DNA of 64,000 bases from an uncultured Thermoanaerobaculia bacterium (GCA_964599475.1 CAZRFU010000014.1:9121-73120), one strand, 5' to 3'. Positions 9,479 through 19,308 are shown, counted from the stretch's first letter. Notes: a model not told the origin generated them from the sequence alone. Numbers and translations: made by a program.

Positions 9479-10644
9479 CCACACCGGTTGCGCCAGATGC
9501 TGTCCTCCGGCCACGACTGACGCTGCTCGTGACGGGGCTTGCGCTGGGTGGAGCCGAGCGTTGGTTGGCCTGCCTCGCGATCGAGTTGCAGCGTCGCGGC
9601 TGGAATCCCGATGTTCTGGCACTGTTGCCGGGCGGCCCCTTGGTGGACGAGCTCCGGGCTGCCGGAGTGGCGGTCGCGACTCTCGGTATGGCACGAGGTC
9701 GAGCGAGCGCGCTCGCCTTGGCACGGTATGTCGGCCATCTGCGACGGCGCCGCCCGGCGATCGTCCACTCGACGATGTACCACGCCAATCTCTTGGCCCG
9801 GGTCGGGCGAACCTTTGCGCCCCGACACCTCCTAGTCAACACCATCCAAAACTCGTATGAGGGCGGTCGCGTGCGTGAGCTCGCTCTGCGCGCTACGGAT
9901 CCCCTGGTGGAGCGTGTCGTCCAAGTGAGTCGCGACGGTGCTCGCCGCTACGCCAGCAAGAAGCTGGTTGGGCATTCGAAGCTCCTGGTCCTGCCAAACT
10001 GCGTCGACTGCGAGCGGTTTCGCGCGGATGCCAACAGCCGCGAGGCGGTCCGGCGCGAGGTCGGCGTGGCACAGGGAACCTGTGTGGTGCTGATGGTTGC
10101 CCGATTCGTCGACCAGAAGGACCATGCCACCGTCATTCGGGCTGTGGCCGAGCTCGATCGCGGCGGCGAAGACTTCGAGCTCTGGCTGCTCGGTGCCGGG
10201 CCCCTGCGGTCGAGTGTCGAAGCTGCCGTTGCGGCGCACGGTCTCGAGCGCAGGGTTCGATTTCTCGGCGAGCGCGCAGATGTCGAGCGGATCTATTGCG
10301 GTGCGGACATTCTGACTCTGGCATCGCACTGGGAAGGCCTTCCGTTGTGCGTGCTCGAGGGTGGCGCCACCGGCCTCCCTCTCGTCGCCGCAGCGGTCCC
10401 AGGGTCCGACGAGTGGTTTGGTGGTGCAGCCGCGCCCGGCTGTTTTCTTTTCCCGCCCGGCGACGCCGAGGCCTTGTCTCGCTCGTTGGCGCGCTTGATG
10501 GGCAACCGTGCCTTGCGCGAGCAGGCAGGCCACAGTCTGCGTCACCTGGTGCTCGAACACCGCAGCCACCTCAGCGCCGCATCGAGCTGGGAGGACCTCT
10601 ATCGCCAGCTGCTTTCCCCACCGGCCCAAGGAGAGCGGAGGTGA
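9475..10644 (+). CDS. Glycosyltransferase family 4
   Basis: LVTGLALGGAERW N-terminus, MVARFVDQKDH and a C-terminal glycosyl-transferase group 1 signature. ATGA overlap with the upstream GT4. Confidence 0.85.
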   Translation: MTTPVAPDAVLRPRLTLLVTGLALGGAERWLACLAIELQRRGWNPDVLALLPGGPLVDELRAAGVAVATLGMARGRASALALARYVGHLRRRRPAIVHSTMYHANLLARVGRTFAPRHLLVNTIQNSYEGGRVRELALRATDPLVERVVQVSRDGARRYASKKLVGHSKLLVLPNCVDCERFRADANSREAVRREVGVAQGTCVVLMVARFVDQKDHATVIRAVAELDRGGEDFELWLLGAGPLRSSVEAAVAAHGLERRVRFLGERADVERIYCGADILTLASHWEGLPLCVLEGGATGLPLVAAAVPGSDEWFGGAAAPGCFLFPPGDAEALSRSLARLMGNRALREQAGHSLRHLVLEHRSHLSAASSWEDLYRQLLSPPAQGERR

Positions 10645-11681
10645 GCGACCACGCAAGCGACGTCACCACGACTCGCGCCTCCCTGCGGTCACGCGGGCCA
10701 TGGGGGAGCTTTCTGGTGCTCGGAGCGAGCTCCCACGCCGACGCGGCGCGACGCCCGGAGGGCGCACGTCATGCGCGAGCGATCGTGGGGCTCGTCGACG
10801 CGGATCGTGGCACCTACCAAGAGCTCTTTGCCTACGAGTCGCCTTCATCGATTCGGCCGCCAGGCGGCGCGATGCGTTTCGGCGCTGGGTGTCTCGAAGG
10901 GAGCCTGCTCTGGACCTGCACGCCGACCGAGGTCGTTGCCTTCGAGCTGCCCAGCTTCCGGAAGACCTGCAGCATCAGTCTGCCGTGGTTCAACGACCTG
11001 CATCACGTGGTGCGTTACCACGACGGCCTGCTGGTGGTGGCCACCGGGGTCGATCGCGTCATCCACTGCGACCTCCAAGGCCGAATCCTTCGAGTTTGGC
11101 ACGTCCTCGATGGGGAGGTATCCCCCGAGCTCCTTCCCGAGCAGGATTACCGCATGCTGGGCTCGACCAAACCACACCGGGCGCACCCCAACTACGCCTT
11201 CGTGGCCAACGACGCGATCTGGGCCACGCGCTTCGAGCAGCGCGACGCGGCCTGCCTGACCGAGCCGGGCCGTGTACTGACGCTGGGCGGCGAGCGACCC
11301 CACGATGGTCGGGTCGGTGGGGACGAGGTCACTTTCACCACCGTCGATGGTCACATCGTGGTTGTCCACCTGAGCTCTCTCGAGGTCCGCCGGTTCGACC
11401 TGCAGGCGATGAGCGGCGAAACGGCAAGCCTCGGCTGGTGTCGGGGTCTGAGCGTACCGGCCGCAGGGGCGACGGTGGTGGGCTTCTCCCGCCTGCGACC
11501 CACCCGGCTGCGAGAGAACCTCCGCTGGCTCAAGCATCGGGCTGGACTGCGTCGCAGCCCTGGGAACCTGCCATCGAGGGTCGTCGGTTTCGACCTCGAA
11601 GCCCGCGCGATGGCCTTCGCGGTGGAGGTCGAACGCCACGGGCTCAACGTGATCTTCGACATCCTGCCATGGTCCGGCTAG
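10641..11681 (+). CDS. Hypothetical protein, possible ASST-like beta-propeller (GTG start overlapping upstream stop, GTGA)
   Basis: Only the C-terminal 347 codons of ORF 10296..11681 look protein-like. It has His-rich motifs (NDLHHVVRYHDG, KPHRAHPNYAFVANDAIW) loosely reminiscent of arylsulfotransferase-family propellers. The upstream part is shadow sequence. Confidence 0.45.
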   Translation: MSDHASDVTTTRASLRSRGPWGSFLVLGASSHADAARRPEGARHARAIVGLVDADRGTYQELFAYESPSSIRPPGGAMRFGAGCLEGSLLWTCTPTEVVAFELPSFRKTCSISLPWFNDLHHVVRYHDGLLVVATGVDRVIHCDLQGRILRVWHVLDGEVSPELLPEQDYRMLGSTKPHRAHPNYAFVANDAIWATRFEQRDAACLTEPGRVLTLGGERPHDGRVGGDEVTFTTVDGHIVVVHLSSLEVRRFDLQAMSGETASLGWCRGLSVPAAGATVVGFSRLRPTRLRENLRWLKHRAGLRRSPGNLPSRVVGFDLEARAMAFAVEVERHGLNVIFDILPWSG

Positions 11682-11866
11682 CCGACTCGTACACTGCCCA
11701 CGCGCCACATGCGCGGTCGTGCTGAGGTGGCTCTCTCGGTCGCCGGTCGCTGGAGCTTCGGGCTAGACTTTCGCCATGCCCCCAAGCCCGAGCCTCGCAC
11801 CGCGCTCTGGACGCGGCCCGACGAACCGCATGGACGGCTCTACCACCGAGCGTCGGGGCCGTTAGC

Positions 11867-13210
11867 GTGGCACCAGGGTCAGCCGGGGACGTGCTTCGCC
11901 ACATCGGCGGCGGATCTTTCGCCGGCGACCGTGACTCCCCGCCGGCCGGCCGGTCGAAGGCCTGGGGCGACTGCCCTCGAGTCGCCCACGTCACGACCAT
12001 CGACCGGTCGTTGCGATACCTTCTGCTCGACCAGCTGATCTACCTCGAGCGAGCAGGGTTCGATGTCTGTGGCGTGTCGAGCTCCGGTGGCGACGTTGGT
12101 AGCCTGGTCGCGGCGGGTATACCGCACCATGCCGTGCGGCTGACACGCCGCATGACTCCGTGGTCCGACCTGCTGGCCTACGCGCAGTTGCGACGGACCT
12201 TTTCCCGGTTGCGGCCGGCAGTCGTCCACACCCATACTCCCAAGGCGGGCCTGCTGGGCCAACTTGCGGCCCGCCACGCCCGCGTACCGTGCATCGTGAA
12301 CACGGTCCATGGGTTCCTGTTCTCCGATCGAACCCCGGTCCCGGCCCGGGCGGCGTGGACCCTGGTCGAGCGCGTGGCAGGACGCTGCAGCGATGCGATC
12401 CTCTTCCAGAATTCGGAAGACCTTACAGCAGCGGCGGCGGCAGGCATTGGCCCACGGGCACGCCGACTGTTGCTCGGCAATGGCATCGACCTCGCGCGTT
12501 TCGATCCCGCGCGTCTCGAGCCCCAACGCCAAGCGGCCCTGGCCGACAGCCTCGGCCTCGCTGCGGCGGGTGCCCCCGATGGAGCACCGGTTGTGGGCTT
12601 CGTCGGCCGACTGACTGCTGAGAAGGGCTTGGTCGAGCTGTGCGCCGCGTTTGCACGAGTCTGGCACCGGCGGCGAGATGCGCGCCTGCTCCTCGTCGGC
12701 GCGTCCGGGAGTGAGGAACGGGCCGGCGTGGTCCCCCAACAGCTCCTCGCAGCGCACGAGGTGCCGCCCTCTGTCCTGGTCGAGACAGGTCAACGCGAAG
12801 ACGTCCCGGAGCTGCTCGGTCTGATGCAGGTCTTGGCCCTGCCGTCTCATCGCGAGGGTTTCCCGCGGGCTGCGATGGAAGCTGCGGCCATGGGACTGCC
12901 GGTCGTCGCGAGCCGGGAACGTGGGTGTCGCCACGCCGTCGCCGACGGCGATACGGGCATCCTCGTCGAGATCGGCGATGTCGGCGGCCTGGTCTCCGCG
13001 ATCGACTCACTGCTGGCGGACCCCAACCTTCGGGCCCGAATGGGGAGAGCCGGGCGAGCGCTGGCGCTCCGTTCGTTTGACCAGAACGACGTCTTTCGGC
13101 GAGTCGAGGCGACGTACCGAAGCCTCTTGGCGGAACACGCACACCACCGCTCCGGCTCCGCTTCGAGCCAACCCCCGACCCTCCCGTCGCTCTCGAGGCA
13201 GGTACGATGA
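11867..13210 (+). CDS. Glycosyltransferase family 4 (WbuB/PimA-like); start uncertain
   Basis: VAHVTTIDRSL N-terminal GT4 motif about 35 codons into the ORF, and a C-terminal group 1 GT domain. No canonical start lies closer to the conserved N-terminus. Confidence 0.8.
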   Translation: MAPGSAGDVLRHIGGGSFAGDRDSPPAGRSKAWGDCPRVAHVTTIDRSLRYLLLDQLIYLERAGFDVCGVSSSGGDVGSLVAAGIPHHAVRLTRRMTPWSDLLAYAQLRRTFSRLRPAVVHTHTPKAGLLGQLAARHARVPCIVNTVHGFLFSDRTPVPARAAWTLVERVAGRCSDAILFQNSEDLTAAAAAGIGPRARRLLLGNGIDLARFDPARLEPQRQAALADSLGLAAAGAPDGAPVVGFVGRLTAEKGLVELCAAFARVWHRRRDARLLLVGASGSEERAGVVPQQLLAAHEVPPSVLVETGQREDVPELLGLMQVLALPSHREGFPRAAMEAAAMGLPVVASRERGCRHAVADGDTGILVEIGDVGGLVSAIDSLLADPNLRARMGRAGRALALRSFDQNDVFRRVEATYRSLLAEHAHHRSGSASSQPPTLPSLSRQVR

Positions 13211-13827
13211 CCAGACCGATCGTCGTGCTCGGCGCCGGCGGTCATGCGCACGTGGTGGTAGCACTCCTGCGCAGCTGCGGGAGGACGGTGGCCGCGATGT
13301 ACGACGACGACGCCTCGACGTGGGGCAGCGACATCGACGGGGCTCCGATCGTGGGTCCGATCGAGGCGGCGACCGAATGCCCTTTCCCCGCGATCATCGC
13401 GGTAGGCAACAACAAGGCTCGACAACGACTCGCGGCCTGGGACCTCGACTGGGACGTCCTCATCCATCCATCAGCGGTCGTCGAGCGCACCGCGGTGCTC
13501 GGCCCGGGTTCGGTGGTGTGCGCTGGGGCCGTGGTGCAAGTCGAGGCGAACATTGGTCGTCACGTGATCGTCAACACGGCCGCCACGGTCGATCACCACT
13601 GCACCATCGGTAGCTTCGCCCATCTTGCCCCCGGCTGCCACCTGGCCGGTCGGGTCACCGTCGGAGAGGGGGCTCTGATCGGCATCGGTGCCTGCGCGAT
13701 TCCCGGCCGAACCATCGGACCGTGGTCGACGGTCGGAGCCGGAGCAGCCGTCACCGCCAACGTTGCGCCACACACGACCGTTGGTGGCGTGCCGGCCCGC
13801 CGGCTGGTCCGCAGGGTCGCACCATGA
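13207..13827 (+). CDS. Sugar N/O-acetyltransferase, NeuD/PglD hexapeptide-repeat family
   Basis: N-terminal Rossmann-like VVLGAGGHA and a C-terminal left-handed beta-helix with hexapeptide repeats. ATGA overlap with the upstream GT4. Confidence 0.85.
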   Translation: MTRPIVVLGAGGHAHVVVALLRSCGRTVAAMYDDDASTWGSDIDGAPIVGPIEAATECPFPAIIAVGNNKARQRLAAWDLDWDVLIHPSAVVERTAVLGPGSVVCAGAVVQVEANIGRHVIVNTAATVDHHCTIGSFAHLAPGCHLAGRVTVGEGALIGIGACAIPGRTIGPWSTVGAGAAVTANVAPHTTVGGVPARRLVRRVAP

Positions 13828-14954
13828 GTCGGATCTACCTTTCAGCGCCCCATCTTGCCGGCGACGAGCTCGACTTGGTCCGGGATGCCCTCGAGAGCTG
13901 TTGGGTGGCTCCCGTTGGACCTCACGTCGACGCCTTCGAGCACGAGGTCGCGGAAACGGTTGGTGTTGGCTTCGCAGCTGCGGTATCGAGCGGCACCGCT
14001 GCGATCCACCTGGCGCTGCGCCTGCTTGGGGTCGGTCCCGGCGACGAGGTTGTCGTTCCGACCTTGACCTTCTGCGCATCTGCCAACCCGGTTCGCTACC
14101 TCGGCGCTACGCCAGTCTTTCTCGATGTCGACGCTACGAGCTATACCCTCGATCCCGAGCTGCTGGAGTCTGAGCTTCGGCAGCGCTCTGTGGCCGGTCG
14201 ACTACCGCGGGCGGTGATCACCGTGGATCTCTATGGTCAGAGCGCCGACCACGCGGCGATCCTGGGCGTGTGCGGCCGCCATGGGGTGCCGGTGGTCGAG
14301 GACGCTGCCGAAGCGCTTGGCGCGACCTACCATGGTCGCAGCGTCGGAGGATTCGGCCGGTTCGGTGTGATCTCGTTCAATGGCAACAAGATCATTTCGA
14401 GCTCGGGCGGTGGCATGTTGCTCAGCGATGACCCTGCGGCAATCGAGCAGGCCCGCTTCCTGGCCTCGCAGGCGCGAGATCCAGCGCCGCACTACGAACA
14501 CTCGACGCTCGGGTACAACTACGGGCTTTCCAACGTGTGCGCCGCAATCGGCCGCGCCCAGCTGCGGCAACTCGCCATGCGCGTGACCGCCCGCCGCGCC
14601 GTCTTCGCGCGCTATCGAGACGGCCTCGGCGACCTCCCGGGCGTTTCCTTCATGCCCGAGGCCGGCTGGGGTGTCGCCACCCGCTGGTTGTCGGTGATCC
14701 ACATCGATCGCGCAGCATTCGGCGTCGATCGAAACGGCGTCCTGCAAGCTCTCGAGCGCGCCGACATCGAAGCTCGACCGGTCTGGAAGCCCCTCCATTT
14801 GCAGCCGCTCTTCGCCGACTGTCCGCGTCGGGGAGGGGCTGTCGCCGAGAATCTCTTCGCCACCGGACTGTGTCTGCCCTCCGGCTCCGGCATGTCCGCC
14901 AGCGCGCAGAGTAGGGTGGTGGATGTGATTCGGGGCCTCGCCGAGCGCGTATGA
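13824..14954 (+). CDS. DegT/DnrJ/EryC1/StrS-family sugar aminotransferase (PglE-like); start trimmed to Met35 of the ORF
   Basis: MSRIYLSAPHLAGDEL start and SFNGNKIISSSGGG (PLP-lysine region). ATGA overlap with the upstream acetyltransferase stop. Confidence 0.9.
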   Translation: MSRIYLSAPHLAGDELDLVRDALESCWVAPVGPHVDAFEHEVAETVGVGFAAAVSSGTAAIHLALRLLGVGPGDEVVVPTLTFCASANPVRYLGATPVFLDVDATSYTLDPELLESELRQRSVAGRLPRAVITVDLYGQSADHAAILGVCGRHGVPVVEDAAEALGATYHGRSVGGFGRFGVISFNGNKIISSSGGGMLLSDDPAAIEQARFLASQARDPAPHYEHSTLGYNYGLSNVCAAIGRAQLRQLAMRVTARRAVFARYRDGLGDLPGVSFMPEAGWGVATRWLSVIHIDRAAFGVDRNGVLQALERADIEARPVWKPLHLQPLFADCPRRGGAVAENLFATGLCLPSGSGMSASAQSRVVDVIRGLAERV

Positions 14955-15580
14955 CGGACAACTCCAGGGTCCGCAGCGGCGCCACGACGAGCTTTGCCAA
15001 ACGTCTCGTCGACGTCGTCGGAGCTCTGAGCTTGCTCATCCTGACTGCCCCCGTGGTGGGGATTCTCGCGGTGATCGGGCGGCTCCACTTCGGTGCCCCG
15101 GTGGTGTTCCGGCAGGTTCGTACGGGTCTGGGTGGTCGAGACTTCACCCTTCTGAAGCTTCGCAGCATGCACGAGCTGCAGGACGCCAGCGGTATCCCGG
15201 CACCCGACGCCGTGCGGCTCGACACCTACGGACGGTGGTTGCGTGCCACCAGCGCCGACGAGCTGCCGAGCCTGTGGAATGTCCTGCGTGGCGACATGAG
15301 CCTGGTCGGCCCGCGGCCGCTGCTGCCGGCCTACCTTCCCCGATACTCCCCGGAACAGGCACGGCGTCACGCGGTTCGTCCCGGCATCACCGGCTGGGCT
15401 CAGATTCATGGCCGCAACGCTGTGGACTGGCCGATCCGGCTGGCGCTCGACGTGTGGTACGTCGATCACTGGTCGCTCGGGCTCGATCTGCGAATCCTGG
15501 TGCGGACCGTGGGCGTGGTCGTTTTGCGTCGAGGAATCAGCCGCGAAGGGCATGCGACCATGCCGGAGCTCGAGGGCTAG
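14951..15580 (+). CDS. Undecaprenyl-phosphate sugar phosphotransferase (small PglC/WbaP-C-terminal-type initiating transferase)
   Basis: Bacterial sugar transferase motifs RPLLPAYLPRYSPEQ...RPGITGWAQIHGRN, a single N-terminal TM helix, about 209 aa. ATGA overlap with the upstream gene. Confidence 0.85.
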   Translation: MTDNSRVRSGATTSFAKRLVDVVGALSLLILTAPVVGILAVIGRLHFGAPVVFRQVRTGLGGRDFTLLKLRSMHELQDASGIPAPDAVRLDTYGRWLRATSADELPSLWNVLRGDMSLVGPRPLLPAYLPRYSPEQARRHAVRPGITGWAQIHGRNAVDWPIRLALDVWYVDHWSLGLDLRILVRTVGVVVLRRGISREGHATMPELEG

Positions 15581-15888
15581 CGATGCGCTCCGGCGACCGT
15601 GCCGTCTGCACGGGTTCGGTCAAGGATGGGCACGCGGCGGTGTTGGAAGTGTTCGAGGGATTCGGCCGGCCCGCGGAGCAACGCTTTGCTGCGCGACTGC
15701 GCGCCTGGCCCGAAATCCTGGGCAACAAGCCGCCCGGGGCGCCTCCGACCGCGGACCCTGCGGGTACCACCTCCACCGCCTCGATGGCCGGCTGAGGGGC
15801 CCCCTCTCCGAACCATCGGCGGCGAAACGATGTTCCCAATCGCGATAAGGTTCGCCTGGTCGCCTCGGAGGGCGCCACGAAAGGACTC

Positions 15889-16860
15889 ATGGTACCGGCG
15901 GTTGCTGCGATCGTTGTTGGACTGGTGTTGTTGGTGTGGAGCGCCGATCGTTTCGTCGCCGGCGCCGCGGCGACGGCGCGACATTTCGGCATGCCGTCAC
16001 TCCTGATCGGTATGGTGATCGTGGGTTTCGGAACCTCGGCTCCGGAGCTGGTGGTGTCGGCGCTGGCGGCGTCGCAAGGCAACCCGGGCCTTGCTCTCGG
16101 CAACGCCTACGGCTCGAACATCTCCAACATCGCCCTGATTCTTGGACTGACGGCCGTGATCAGCCCGATTGCGGTGCACTCGCAGGTGTTGCGCAAAGAG
16201 CTGCCGATCCTGACGGTCATGACGGTCCTGGCGGCTGCGCAGTTGGTTGACGGCGACCTCTCCCGCTTCGACGGAGTAGTCCTGCTGGTGGTCTTTTCCG
16301 GGTTGATGGCGTGGTCGATCCGCCAGGGTCTACGCGACGGCTCCGACGCCCTCGGCGCCGAGATCGAGCACGAGCTGGTCGAACATGCCATGCCGCTCAA
16401 GCGCGGCGTCGCCTGGCTGATCGTGGGGCTCGTGGTACTGATCGCGAGCTCGCGGGTGCTGGTCTGGGGTGCAGTGGAGATCGCGCGCGGGCTCGGGGTC
16501 AGCGACTTGATCATCGGCCTGACGATCGTCGCCGTCGGGACCTCGTTGCCCGAGCTCGCATCGTCGATCATCGCCACCCGCAAGGGTGAGCACGACATCG
16601 CGCTCGGCAACGTCATCGGCTCGAACTTGTTCAACACCCTGGCAGTCGTCGGCATCGCCGCATCGGTCTCGCCGCTCGAGGTCGGACCCGAGGTGCTGGC
16701 TCGCGATGTCGCGTTGATGGGCGGACTGACCGTGTTGCTGTTCCTTTTCGGCTACGGCTTCCGCGGGCCGGGGCGGATCAACCGGATCGAGGGCACGGTG
16801 CTGCTGAGCTTCTTCGTCGGCTACACCGGCTACCTGATCCGCACGGTATTTACCGGGTGA
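15889..16860 (+). CDS. Ca2+/cation antiporter, CaCA (YrbG) family
   Basis: Duplicated alpha-repeat motifs GTSAPEL and GTSLPEL. About 10 TM helices. Confidence 0.8.
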   Translation: MVPAVAAIVVGLVLLVWSADRFVAGAAATARHFGMPSLLIGMVIVGFGTSAPELVVSALAASQGNPGLALGNAYGSNISNIALILGLTAVISPIAVHSQVLRKELPILTVMTVLAAAQLVDGDLSRFDGVVLLVVFSGLMAWSIRQGLRDGSDALGAEIEHELVEHAMPLKRGVAWLIVGLVVLIASSRVLVWGAVEIARGLGVSDLIIGLTIVAVGTSLPELASSIIATRKGEHDIALGNVIGSNLFNTLAVVGIAASVSPLEVGPEVLARDVALMGGLTVLLFLFGYGFRGPGRINRIEGTVLLSFFVGYTGYLIRTVFTG

Positions 16861-18142
16861 GCGGCAGCGCGCGGTGGTGGAAGTGGCGGTCCCCACTGGT
16901 GTACTCGGCCGCCGTTTGACCGGAGCCTTCGAGCAGCCAGCGTGTCGTCAGCAGGCCGTCGACGCCAACCGGCCCCCGTGCATGCAGGCGTGAGGTCGAA
17001 ATCCCCACCTCGGCGCCGAGGCCGTAGCGATAGCCGTCGGCAAAACGGGTGCTGGCGTTGACGAACACCGAGGCTGAGTCGACACGGTCGAGGAAGTGCC
17101 GCGCGACGGCAGGGTCGTCCGTGACGATCGCTTCGGTGTGACCGCTGCCGTAGCGGTGGATGTGGGCGATCGCATCATCGACGCCTGCGACCACCCTGAG
17201 GGCGACGATGAGATCGCCGAACTCGTGGCCGAAATCCTCCGGCGCGGCCGCCACCGCTCGCGGCAGCAGCGGTAGGGCTTCGGCGTCGGCCCGCACTTCC
17301 ACCCCGTGCTCCGCCAGGGCGGCGCCGAGCGCGGGGAGGTGGGGGAGGAAGCCCCGGTGGACGAGGATGGTCTCGACCGCATTGCAGGCTGACGGCGCGT
17401 CGCACTTGGCGTCGATGGCGATGCGTCCAGCCATGTGAGGATCCGCCGCGCCGTCGATCACCAGGTGGCAGATCCCTTCGGCATGACCGAGCACCGGGAT
17501 CCGCGTCCGCGCCTGGATCGCACGCACCAGCTCGCCCGAGCCTCGCGGGATCACCAGGTCGATGCCCTGGTCGAGGGCGAGCAGCTGTGCGACTTCCTCG
17601 CGACCGGAAACCGCGGCCACCACGTGGGGATCGAGACCGACGTCCGAAACCGCGCGTTGCAGCAAGCCGACCAGCGCGGCGTTCGACGTCGCGGCCTCGG
17701 TGCCGCCCTTGAGCACCACACCACACCCGGCGCGTAGGGCGAGACTGCCGATCTGGATCACGGCGTCGGGGCGGCTCTCGAAGATCACCAACACCACCCC
17801 GAGCGGGCTGGTGACCTGGCGCAGCACCAGTCCGCTGTCGAGCTCCGTCGCCCGGAGCACCCGCCCGACCGGGTCGGGCATCGCCGCCAGGGCCTTGGCA
17901 CCGCTGGCCAAGACGTCGATCTTGCTGTCCGACAGGGCGAGGCGGGCGAGCAGCGGCGCCGCCAATCCGGACGCACGAGCGGCAAACAGATCCTGGCGGT
18001 TGGCGTCGGTGAGCACGGCGCGTTCGAGCTCGAGCCGGGCGGCGACCCGCTGCAGGATCTTGGAGCGGTCGAGGCCGGCGGCGGAGGCTAGCGTCCGCTG
18101 TCCCTGGCGGACTGCTGCCACCATCGCTGCCAGCGTGGTCAT
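16850..18142 (-). CDS. proA: Gamma-glutamyl phosphate reductase
   Basis: MTTLAAMVAAVRQG start (Met112 of the ORF) and an aldehyde-dehydrogenase-like ProA sequence. ATGA overlap with proB. Confidence 0.9.
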   Translation of the reverse strand: MTTLAAMVAAVRQGQRTLASAAGLDRSKILQRVAARLELERAVLTDANRQDLFAARASGLAAPLLARLALSDSKIDVLASGAKALAAMPDPVGRVLRATELDSGLVLRQVTSPLGVVLVIFESRPDAVIQIGSLALRAGCGVVLKGGTEAATSNAALVGLLQRAVSDVGLDPHVVAAVSGREEVAQLLALDQGIDLVIPRGSGELVRAIQARTRIPVLGHAEGICHLVIDGAADPHMAGRIAIDAKCDAPSACNAVETILVHRGFLPHLPALGAALAEHGVEVRADAEALPLLPRAVAAAPEDFGHEFGDLIVALRVVAGVDDAIAHIHRYGSGHTEAIVTDDPAVARHFLDRVDSASVFVNASTRFADGYRYGLGAEVGISTSRLHARGPVGVDGLLTTRWLLEGSGQTAAEYTSGDRHFHHRALPLTR

Positions 18143-19308
18143 GGTCCCGACTCCGCCGCGACACCTTCGTAACGAGCCTCGACCCGTTCCAGCACCAGGT
18201 GGTCGCGGTGAACCAGAGCGCCGTGGTTGCGCACGCCTGCCGGACGATCGCCGGCACACCAAGAGCGCGCTGCCGCGGCATTGCACGACGCCAGCCCACG
18301 GCCGACGAGTCGACCCGCCGGATCTCGCAGCTCGACCGCCGCACCCGCCTCGAACTCGCCCTCGACCCGCGCGACGCCGGCCGCGAGCAGGGAGGCCCCC
18401 CGCTCGCGCAGCGCCACCACCGCGCCGGCATCGAGATGCAGGACTCCGCGTGGTGCCGCCGCCCAGGCGATCCACCGCCGCCGAGCTCCCAACTCCTTGC
18501 GCACGGGGACCAGCGTACCCACCGACTCCCCAGCGAGGATCCGCCCCACGACCCGGGGTTCATCGCCGCTGGCGATCACCGCGGCACACCCGGCGCGACT
18601 CGCGATCGAAGCCGCTTCGACTTTGCTGCGCATGCCGCCCCGCGACACACTCGAGCCCGGTACCGCCGCGATGGCTGCAAGTTGTGCTTCAGGGTCGTCC
18701 AGGCGAGCAATGAGCGGGGCTGTCGGATCTTCTCGAGGGTCGCGGGCGTAGACCCCGCCGACGTCGGTCAACAGCACCAACACGTCGGCGTCGAGTCCCG
18801 CCGCAACCAGAGCCGAGAGCCGGTCGTTGTCACCGAAGACCGGTCGCGCCGAGCCCTCGATGAAGGCGAGCTCTTCGGTGGCCACCGCATCGTTCTCGTT
18901 GATCACCGGAATCACGCCGCGGCGCAGCAGCGCCAACAGCGTACTGCGCAGGTTCAAGAAGCTCGCGCGTTGGTCGAAGTCCCCCTGGGTCAGGAGCACC
19001 TGGGCTGCGATCAGGCCAAAGCGGCCGAATCCCTGCTCCCACAATCCCATCAGCTGACTCTGTCCGACGGCAGCACAGGCCTGGCGTTCGACCAGCTCCC
19101 GCGGCACCTCCGCGAGTCCGAGTCGCGCCGCCCCCAAGCCCACCGCGCCCGAGCTGACGACCAACACCTCGACACCCTGGCGATGAGCGTCGACCAGACC
19201 TTCGACGATCGCCGACCACCGTGCGAGAGCAACCTGGCCGTCGGCGCGGGTGAGCGTGCGGGTGCCGAGCTTGACCACCACCCGTCGCGGCCGTGCGGGT
19301 TCGCTCAC
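18139..19308 (-). CDS. proB: Glutamate 5-kinase with C-terminal PUA domain
   Basis: VVKLGTRTLT and VVSSGAVGLG kinase motifs and a C-terminal PUA-like region. Confidence 0.9.
   Translation of the reverse strand: MSEPARPRRVVVKLGTRTLTRADGQVALARWSAIVEGLVDAHRQGVEVLVVSSGAVGLGAARLGLAEVPRELVERQACAAVGQSQLMGLWEQGFGRFGLIAAQVLLTQGDFDQRASFLNLRSTLLALLRRGVIPVINENDAVATEELAFIEGSARPVFGDNDRLSALVAAGLDADVLVLLTDVGGVYARDPREDPTAPLIARLDDPEAQLAAIAAVPGSSVSRGGMRSKVEAASIASRAGCAAVIASGDEPRVVGRILAGESVGTLVPVRKELGARRRWIAWAAAPRGVLHLDAGAVVALRERGASLLAAGVARVEGEFEAGAAVELRDPAGRLVGRGLASCNAAAARSWCAGDRPAGVRNHGALVHRDHLVLERVEARYEGVAAESGP

Noticed and set aside
15583-15795. Possible 70-aa small ORF (MRSGDRAVCTGSVKDGHAAVLEVFEGF...) in the pglC-CaCA intergenic region
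   Set aside because: No RBS or recognisable motif. Within a GC-rich spacer where random ORFs of this size are expected.
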